From Patescibacteria group bacterium (GTDB lineage Bacteria > Patescibacteriota > Microgenomatia > Levybacterales > UBA12049): a DNA stretch of 64,000 nt. Both the position numbers and the translations under genes were made by a program. The stretch spans positions 4,201 to 68,200 of the forward strand of contig JAMDAA010000022.1 of assembly GCA_023484045.1 (NCBI GenBank), in the 5' to 3' direction. The notes beneath the pieces were generated by a model, which saw nothing but the letters and a program-made list of their open reading frames with translations, did not search any database and was not told the origin of the DNA. This document shows positions 57,548 to 64,000 of the stretch, piece by piece; the stretch's first letter is position 1; each line of letters opens with the position of its first letter.

Positions 57548-57838
57548 ATGAATAAGCCTCAGAGTTGGTATCTTTACATGCTTCTTTGCGATCAGAAATC
57601 TTTTTATGTTGGGATTACTCCTAATCCGAAAGAAAGAATAGCCGAACATAGAAATAAAGAGTGCATCGCGACGAAAGAATTTTCTGATTTTAAAATGGTT
57701 TATTGTGAAAAGTATTTGAATAAATTTGAAGCAGTAAAAAGAGAAAAACAAATTAAAGGTTGGAGTAGAACAAAGAAGCAAATGCTTATTGAAGGAAAAT
57801 TAGGGATAAATACAAGCACTGAGTTTGTCGAAGTGTAA
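57548..57838 (+). CDS. small GIY-YIG nuclease-family protein (copy 2)
   Basis: 96 aa. WYLYMLLCDQKSFYVGITPNPKERIAEH, with a downstream conserved Arg and Glu. Starts 27 nt after tRNA-Glu. Confidence 0.75.
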   Translation: MNKPQSWYLYMLLCDQKSFYVGITPNPKERIAEHRNKECIATKEFSDFKMVYCEKYLNKFEAVKREKQIKGWSRTKKQMLIEGKLGINTSTEFVEV

Positions 57839-57874
57839 AGAGGATGAGAAGTTTACTCTGAGCGAAGCCGAAGA

Positions 57875-57892
57875 GAATCCCGCACGCGCTAC
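57875..57892 (+). other. duplicated 3'-end fragment of tRNA-Glu (T-loop to 3' end)
   Basis: gaatcccgcacgcgctac is identical to 57504-57521 of the intact tRNA. Preceded by a CTGAGCGAAGCCGAAG motif. Confidence 0.7.
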
Positions 57893-57973
57893 CATTACTG
57901 CCTAACCTTCTTGACATTCGTTTTTAAATCTCCATATACTGATAAAGATCTTATTTTTGAAAGGGGGTGAATT

Positions 57974-58396
57974 ATGGAAACAATACCTACAGATATTCAA
58001 ATTCCGACCGGGCTTCCCGAAAATATTAATCCGGCTACAGTCGCAGGTTTAGGATTACTCGCCGGTATTGGAATAACGGTGTATTTAGTAGTTATTCTCG
58101 CGGCATACATTTATCTTGCAATTTGTTTAATGACCATTTCCAATAAAACAAAACTGGGTACAGGTTGGTGGGCGTGGATACCGATTTTAAATTACGCTTT
58201 AATGCTTAAAATCGCGAAAAAGCCGATGTGGTGGATAATTTTACTTTTAATTACACCCATTAATTTATTTTTCTTTATCTGGATTTGGATGAGAATCGCG
58301 CAAGCCGTTAACAAACCAGATTGGTGGGGAATTTTAATGTTAATTCCGGTATTCAATCTCTTTGTTCCGGGTTATCTTGCATTCTCTAAAAAATAA
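57974..58396 (+). CDS. small polytopic membrane protein with internal WW..IP..N repeats
   Basis: 140 aa, 3-4 TM helices. Strong RBS GAAAGGGGGTG. Confidence 0.4.
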   Translation: METIPTDIQIPTGLPENINPATVAGLGLLAGIGITVYLVVILAAYIYLAICLMTISNKTKLGTGWWAWIPILNYALMLKIAKKPMWWIILLLITPINLFFFIWIWMRIAQAVNKPDWWGILMLIPVFNLFVPGYLAFSKK

Positions 58397-58401
58397 TATT
58401 T

Positions 58402-59106
58402 TTAAACGATATTATTTTCGGAGACCAGACGAAAATATTCGTGTCGAAATTTTAGAAGATTGATTCGTTTTAAGAAACGTTCCCAATCTTTGTGTTGTGT
58501 TTTGTGACATTTAAGTGCCTTGATTTTGATATTGATGGTATTTTTGATATTAACAGTTGTCGTAATAAGTTTATCGTCTGTACCTTCAACTTTACCAAAT
58601 ACATTATAAGATAGGCCGCTTTTGTTGAATTGTTCGATTAATGATTTCGGTGTTACGGTGTAATAAAGCCTAACGTGCTTGTCGGATATCTTTTGGTATT
58701 CAAAAAAGGCTATTGTCGTGCTTTTGTGCATTTGAATGTGATCGGGATGCTTTGAACCACCTTCTTCATTAAATGTAATCACAGCATCGGGTTTTTCTTT
58801 TTTAAAAATCTCTAAAACTTTTTTTGCGATAGTTTTTGAGTCGATTTTATGGAGAGTGCCATCGATCAGTCCTAAAAAGTAAATCTTTGATATTCCTAAA
58901 ATTTTTGCGGCATTTCGTAACTCTTTTTCGCGAATTTTTCCGAGCTTTTCTTTCGTTGTAAGCGGAGGGTTCCCGACTTGACCAGCTTCTCCCTTAGTCG
59001 CAGTAATAAGTTTTACAGACACTCCGCGATTTGTCAGATAAGCTATTGCCCCGCCGCTTGAAAAAGATTCGTCGTCGGGATGGGCAAAAACAAAAATTAC
59101 TTTCAT
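58402..59106 (-). CDS. PIG-L/LmbE-family N-acetylglucosaminyl deacetylase
   Basis: VIFVFAHPDDESFSSGGAIA N-terminal signature and a conserved HPDH. Confidence 0.75.
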   Translation of the reverse strand: MKVIFVFAHPDDESFSSGGAIAYLTNRGVSVKLITATKGEAGQVGNPPLTTKEKLGKIREKELRNAAKILGISKIYFLGLIDGTLHKIDSKTIAKKVLEIFKKEKPDAVITFNEEGGSKHPDHIQMHKSTTIAFFEYQKISDKHVRLYYTVTPKSLIEQFNKSGLSYNVFGKVEGTDDKLITTTVNIKNTINIKIKALKCHKTQHKDWERFLKRINLLKFRHEYFRLVSENNIV

Positions 59107-59150
59107 ATTTATATTATATCATTTACAATATGTAATTAAGTTAACAACAT

Positions 59151-60326
59151 ATGCTAATCTATAATTCATTATCAGACAAAAAAGAAACATTTAAACCATT
59201 ATCGAATAAAACGGTCAAAATCTATGTATGCGGAATAACCCCGTATGATACAACGCACCTCGGTCACGCATTTACTTACGTTTTTTTCGATACCTTAGTC
59301 CGTTATCTAAAATTTAAGGATTATAAAATTATTTATACCCAAAACGTTACGGATATCGACGACGATATTTTAAAAAAAGCAAAAGAAGTAAATCAGGACT
59401 GGAAACTTTTGGGAAAATATTGGACCGATAAATTTCTGAATAACTTAAAACAATTAAATATAGAGCTTCCGACTCACTACACTAAGGCTACTGACTCGAT
59501 TGATATAATGATTAAAATTATTTCTAAATTACTTTTAATAAAATTCGCGTATGAAAAAAGCGGCAACGTGTATTTTGATATCAGTAAAGTAAAAAAATAT
59601 GGATCACTTTCAAAATTCGGTGAGAAACAAATGATTTTAATCTCTAAAGAACGCGGTGGAAATCCTAACGATCCTTTGAAAAAAAATCCCCTCGATTTTT
59701 TGTTGTGGCAGAAAAGTGCTAAAAATGAACCATTTTGGAAAAGTCCGTGGTCTGATGGCCGACCCGGATGGCATATTGAATGCTCGGCGATGATAAATAA
59801 ATATTTAGGAAACAGAATCGATATTCACGGCGGAGGCAGGGATTTAATTTTTCCTCATCACGAAAGTGAAATCGCACAATCAGAGAGCTTTACGGGCAAA
59901 AAACCGTTTGTTAAATATTGGATGCACACGGCGATGCTTTTATATAAGCATGAGAAAATGTCAAAATCTTTAGGAAACTTAGTGATGATCGACGATTTAT
60001 TAAAAAAATATTCTGCGAATGAGATTCGATATGTTTTACTCTCGCACCATTACCGCGTCCCTTGGGAATACGACGAAACGATGTTCTCGAAGGCAAAACG
60101 ATCGTTGAATCTAATTAACAATGTATTAAAGGCTAAAAATAATAAATCAAAAAAGGATAAAGATTCACTTGAGCAGTTCTCAAAATATATGGATAATGAT
60201 TTTGATATACCAAAGGTTCTTTCTTTAATCCTGAACTTGTCAAAAGATAAAAGTAACTCGGCTTCGATCAAAAAAATAATGTCGATCCTCGGTTTCTCCT
60301 TGCAAGGCCTCCCCTTGCGAGGCTAA
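59151..60326 (+). CDS. cysS: cysteinyl-tRNA synthetase (short form)
   Basis: Class I HIGH (TTHLGHAF) and KMSKS (KMSKSLGN). Zinc-binding Cys in CGITPYD and HIECSAM contexts typical of CysRS. Confidence 0.8.
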   Translation: MLIYNSLSDKKETFKPLSNKTVKIYVCGITPYDTTHLGHAFTYVFFDTLVRYLKFKDYKIIYTQNVTDIDDDILKKAKEVNQDWKLLGKYWTDKFLNNLKQLNIELPTHYTKATDSIDIMIKIISKLLLIKFAYEKSGNVYFDISKVKKYGSLSKFGEKQMILISKERGGNPNDPLKKNPLDFLLWQKSAKNEPFWKSPWSDGRPGWHIECSAMINKYLGNRIDIHGGGRDLIFPHHESEIAQSESFTGKKPFVKYWMHTAMLLYKHEKMSKSLGNLVMIDDLLKKYSANEIRYVLLSHHYRVPWEYDETMFSKAKRSLNLINNVLKAKNNKSKKDKDSLEQFSKYMDNDFDIPKVLSLILNLSKDKSNSASIKKIMSILGFSLQGLPLRG

Positions 60327-60400
60327 ACAACGATACAACAAGTAGTATTTTTAATAAAAACCTTTTTAATTATTTCTCTAATATTGTAAAATGGAGATCT

Positions 60401-61561
60401 GTGAGAAAAATATTTTTTTGGATTATCATTTTTATCGTCACATCTATTTTTTATACAGTATGTTTAGTGCCAAAGGCGTTCGCCGTTCAAAACCCCCTAG
60501 GCGTGCCCAATAACAAGTTCGGAATTCATATTTTGTTCTCAGACGAAATAACCGACGCCGCGAAACTCGTAAACACAAACGGCGGCTTATACGGATACGT
60601 CGTGATCCCGATTCAATCCGGTGATAAAGATCTTTTAAAATGGCAAAAGTTTATGGACCGCGCAAGATCATTACAATTAATTCCGGTCATAAGGCTTGCG
60701 ACTGAGGGTGATTATTTTAATACCAGGGTTTGGCGAAAGCCGGTGCCGGCAGACATCGTCGATTTTGCCAATTTTTTAAATTCATTAAACTGGCCGACAA
60801 AAAACAGATACGTTGTTGTATATAACGAACCAAACCGGGGAGACGAATGGGGAGGAAAAACCGACCCTACGGAATACGCACAAATCCTAAGTTACGCGGT
60901 TACCATTTTTAAATCAAAAAGCCCGGATTTCTTTATAATCTCGGCCGGTATGGATAACGCTGCAGCGAACAAGGGTGAAATCTCTATGAATGCGTACGAT
61001 TTTTTTAAACGAATGAATGATGCTGTTCCCGGAATTTTTAACCAAATCGACGGATTCGCAAGTCATTCTTATCCGAACCCGGCTTTTTCCCAACCGCCGT
61101 CAAAACAGGATAAACAAAGTATCGCGTCGTTTAAGTTCGAAAAAGATTTTTTAAAATCCATGTCTAATAAGGATTTACCCGCATTTATTACGGAAACCGG
61201 CTGGTCAAAAGAAAATTTATCCGAAAGTAAAATTGCCGAGTATTATAAAACAGCGTATACGACGGTTTGGAACGACGATTCTTTAGTTTCTGTCGCACCG
61301 TTTCTTCTGCGCGCAGACACGATGCCTTTTTTGAATTTTTCGTTTCTCGATAAGGAAAATCCAAATTTGCTGTTCAAAACAATTGAATCGATGGCAAAAA
61401 CAAAAGGCGCTCCCCTTTTGGAAAAAGAAGTACTGGGAGAAAAAACAAAAGCGACCCAAAATATAAAATATAAAAGTTTTAATAACGCAGCGCCAAAACA
61501 ATTGGGATTGGCCGAAAAGGCGGCAAACGCAATCTTTGCGTGGCTTTTGAAATTAAACTGA
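60401..61561 (+). CDS. secreted TIM-barrel glycoside hydrolase (clan GH-A-like)
   Basis: Signal peptide. VVVYNEPN (acid/base Glu in NEP) and FITETGW (nucleophile Glu) motifs. Confidence 0.5.
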   Translation: MRKIFFWIIIFIVTSIFYTVCLVPKAFAVQNPLGVPNNKFGIHILFSDEITDAAKLVNTNGGLYGYVVIPIQSGDKDLLKWQKFMDRARSLQLIPVIRLATEGDYFNTRVWRKPVPADIVDFANFLNSLNWPTKNRYVVVYNEPNRGDEWGGKTDPTEYAQILSYAVTIFKSKSPDFFIISAGMDNAAANKGEISMNAYDFFKRMNDAVPGIFNQIDGFASHSYPNPAFSQPPSKQDKQSIASFKFEKDFLKSMSNKDLPAFITETGWSKENLSESKIAEYYKTAYTTVWNDDSLVSVAPFLLRADTMPFLNFSFLDKENPNLLFKTIESMAKTKGAPLLEKEVLGEKTKATQNIKYKSFNNAAPKQLGLAEKAANAIFAWLLKLN

Positions 61562-61603
61562 CTAAGTGATAAAATTGGATGTCGAATTTATAACCCCGTA
61601 ATT

Positions 61604-62125
61604 ATGAAAAATCTTGATTTATCATGCGAAACGTTTATTAGTCTTTCACACGGTAAGCTTTCGATCGACGCTGTGATCAGCAAAATTAAATCGTTTCTGG
61701 AGGAAGATCCCAAAAGCGAATATAGTCTTGTGATCGGAACAGATTCATCAGAAAAGTTTGAAAATGGCGATAAAAAACGATCGGTGAATCTTATAACTGC
61801 TGTCGTAGTTCACCGCAAAGGATTCGGCGGAAAATATTTTTGGAAAAAGAAAAATATGCACAATATTCATAACTTAAGACAAAAAATCTACGCAGAAACG
61901 TTTGAATCTTTAGCGTTTGCCGGAAGTTTTGTCCCGGTGTTTAAAAAATCGCTCAACGGTCATTCACCGAATTATAAACTCGAGATACACGTGGATATCG
62001 GAGAGCACGGAGACACACGGACGATGATAAAAGAGATCGTCGGAATCGTTACCGGAAGCGGATTTGTCGCAAAAACAAAACCCGATTCCTACGGTGCGTC
62101 GTTTATTGCAGACAAACACACATAA
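61604..62125 (+). CDS. DUF458-like (RNase H-like fold) protein
   Basis: 173 aa. YSLVIGTDSS...LITAVVVH pattern. Confidence 0.35.
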   Translation: MKNLDLSCETFISLSHGKLSIDAVISKIKSFLEEDPKSEYSLVIGTDSSEKFENGDKKRSVNLITAVVVHRKGFGGKYFWKKKNMHNIHNLRQKIYAETFESLAFAGSFVPVFKKSLNGHSPNYKLEIHVDIGEHGDTRTMIKEIVGIVTGSGFVAKTKPDSYGASFIADKHT

Positions 62126-62203
62126 GAATTTCAAATGTCAAATTTCAAATCTCAAATATTAATAAAAGAGAAATAAAAGAGGTTCAACCTCTAAAATTAA
62201 GAT

Positions 62204-62584
62204 ATGGATTGGGAAGAAGCAAAAGACGTTGAGCAAAAAATTAAACTAATCTTATATCATTTAGACATGCCTCACGTCGTTCAATCAAGAATTTTCTGCT
62301 ACAGAACTCACGGTTCCAAATCACGGGCCTATGCCCGAATCTGGACTTTTCCCAAAATTTTTCAACAAGCATTAAATATTGAGGCGTCTTACGTAATCGA
62401 AGTCCTGTCAAAATATTATGATAAATTAAACGAAAAAGATCAGCACAAGGTTTTAATTCACGAGCTTTTGCATATCCCCAAGAATTTTTCGGGCGCACTT
62501 TTACCCCACCGGAGCCGCGGAAGACATTTGGGAAAACAGGTAAACATATTATTCGAAGAATTTAAAAAGAAAATAGATTTATGA
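62204..62584 (+). CDS. putative zinc metallopeptidase-like protein (HExxH)
   Basis: 126 aa. KVLIHELLHIP motif. Overlaps the downstream gene by 4 nt. Confidence 0.4.
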   Translation: MDWEEAKDVEQKIKLILYHLDMPHVVQSRIFCYRTHGSKSRAYARIWTFPKIFQQALNIEASYVIEVLSKYYDKLNEKDQHKVLIHELLHIPKNFSGALLPHRSRGRHLGKQVNILFEEFKKKIDL

Positions 62585-63270
62585 TAACGATTATTCACGG
62601 CGACGACACATCGACTTCCCGTAACTATTTTCTTTCCCAAAAGATAAATTTTAAAAATTCGATAAGTTTCTCCGGTGAAAAATTGACGCTAACAGAGTTA
62701 GTACAGGTTTTTGAAGGCGGAGAACTATTTTCGGATGATAAAAATGTTTTTATCGAAGAATTATTTTCTAAAAGAAAACCGAGTAAAGAATTAACTGATA
62801 TTTTAATTTATTTAAACAAAAATAAATCTGCAAATATTTTCTTTTGGGAAAACAAAATTCTTACCGCAAAGAGTTTGAGCTGGATAAAAAACGCTGTAGT
62901 GAAAGAATTTAAATTCCCAAAAACCATTTTTTTATTTTTAGATTCGATAAAACCCGGAAACGGAAAAAGATTAATTGAATTATTTCATGAAACGTTAAAA
63001 ACGACCGAAATCGAGATTATCGTTTTTATGATAATCAGACAACTACGATTATTGCTCGCACTACACGAAAAAAGTTCTACGAATATAGAAGAAGTGAACA
63101 AGCTCCAATCGTGGCAAAAAGGAAAGCTCGAAAAACAATCAAAATATTTTGATTTAGAATCCCTCAAAAAAATCTACAAAAGGCTTTTTGAAATCGACCT
63201 CGGAAACAAAACCGGAAATCTGAATATGCCGCTAATTCACGCGATTGACTTTTTTTTACTCGATTTGTAA
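62581..63270 (+). CDS. holA: DNA polymerase III delta-subunit-like protein
   Basis: 229 aa. N-terminus MITIIHGDD..S is typical of HolA. Helical C-terminal half. Confidence 0.4.
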   Translation: MITIIHGDDTSTSRNYFLSQKINFKNSISFSGEKLTLTELVQVFEGGELFSDDKNVFIEELFSKRKPSKELTDILIYLNKNKSANIFFWENKILTAKSLSWIKNAVVKEFKFPKTIFLFLDSIKPGNGKRLIELFHETLKTTEIEIIVFMIIRQLRLLLALHEKSSTNIEEVNKLQSWQKGKLEKQSKYFDLESLKKIYKRLFEIDLGNKTGNLNMPLIHAIDFFLLDL

Positions 63271-63279
63271 GATAATACA

Positions 63280-64000
63280 ATGAACATTAACTCTTCTATC
63301 TTTAAATCTTACGACGTCCGAGGCATCTACCCCACGGATTTCAACGAAGAAATCGCAGAAAAAATAACAAAAGCGTACATAAAGATTCTTACTCCTAAAA
63401 AGGTTGTTCTCGGTCATGACGTAAGAAAATCAGGAGAAAGTTTACACGCTTCGATAATGAATACGTTTGTCGAATCGGGCGTAGACGTTCTGGATATTGG
63501 ATTGGTTTCGACAGATATGTTTTATTTTGCTGTAGGAAAACTAGAGACAGACGGAGGTATAACTGTTTCGGCTTCCCACAACCCGGCAGAATACAACGGG
63601 ATGAATTTTTGTAAAAAAAATGCAGAACCTGTTTCTTCCGAAACCGGACTAAATAAAATAAAAGAGTTAATTTTGAACGACAATCTCGAGCTTCCGGCTT
63701 CCGCTAAAAAGGGCATTATAGAAAAAAGAGACATAATGGATGATTTTATAAAAAGCGTCGTGTCTTTTGTCGACATAAAGAATATAAAACCCGTGAAACT
63801 CGTCGCAAACGCAAATTTTGGCGTAGACGCAGTAATTTTAAAAAAGATTATTCAAATTTATAATCTTCCATTAGATGTCATTTATTTAAATGACATACCT
63901 GACGGGACATTTCCCAAAGGTCCACCAAACCCCTTACTTCCCGAAAATAGAAACGAATTTTTGGATCTTATAAAAAAAACAAAAGCAGACCTGGGGGTTT
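63280..64000 (+). CDS. phosphomannomutase/phosphoglucomutase (alpha-D-phosphohexomutase), 5' partial
   Basis: GITVSASHNPAEYNGM active-site serine loop. The ORF runs off the window end. Confidence 0.8.
   Translation, partial: MNINSSIFKSYDVRGIYPTDFNEEIAEKITKAYIKILTPKKVVLGHDVRKSGESLHASIMNTFVESGVDVLDIGLVSTDMFYFAVGKLETDGGITVSASHNPAEYNGMNFCKKNAEPVSSETGLNKIKELILNDNLELPASAKKGIIEKRDIMDDFIKSVVSFVDIKNIKPVKLVANANFGVDAVILKKIIQIYNLPLDVIYLNDIPDGTFPKGPPNPLLPENRNEFLDLIKKTKADLGV

Overview
This is a low-GC window (roughly 35% GC) with small ORFs and several tRNAs, which looks like a reduced-genome bacterium of the Candidate Phyla Radiation (CPR) type. It has three notable parts.

(1) Copper and thiol-redox island, 134-24314. 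It carries a CopA-type ATPase with a CopZ-like chaperone, and a membrane protein with an HMA domain fused to two cupredoxin-like domains. A CsoR-family repressor and its candidate operator sit next to a CopB-type ATPase with a CPH motif, followed by a YHS protein. There are three CcdA/DsbD-like membrane proteins, each paired with a thioredoxin-fold protein, plus a protein with three thioredoxin-like domains. Regulators are a BlaR1(M56)/BlaI pair and two paralogous sensor kinases, one of which has an OmpR-type regulator.

(2) Housekeeping stretch. It includes rnhB, yvcK, secG, a sigma factor, uvrC, uvrA, cysS, a PIG-L deacetylase and a phosphomannomutase. There is also a decayed dinB next to an IS200-like Y1 transposase, and an AbiL-like defence pair.

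(3) tRNA-associated mobile region, about 47.4-57.9 kb. Three small GIY-YIG nuclease genes lie beside tRNA-Lys(TTT) and tRNA-Glu(TTC), each with a duplicated fragment of the tRNA 3' end. Inserted at the 3' end of tRNA-Lys is an ~8.3 kb element. It encodes a large serine recombinase bracketed by perfect ~107-bp inverted repeats. A second ~140-bp inverted-repeat pair brackets the cargo. The cargo is a ~730-bp GC-rich ORF-free region packed with stable hairpins (candidate large structured RNA), an M23 peptidase, a small membrane protein, a TrpR-like regulator, and a ~1000-aa beta-helix surface protein. The 5' end of that surface-protein gene contains a (GA)9 tract that currently puts the signal peptide out of frame, which looks like a phase-variation switch.

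No CRISPR array or rRNA was seen. All calls rest on motif and pattern recognition in the translated ORFs and the raw sequence; no database search was run.
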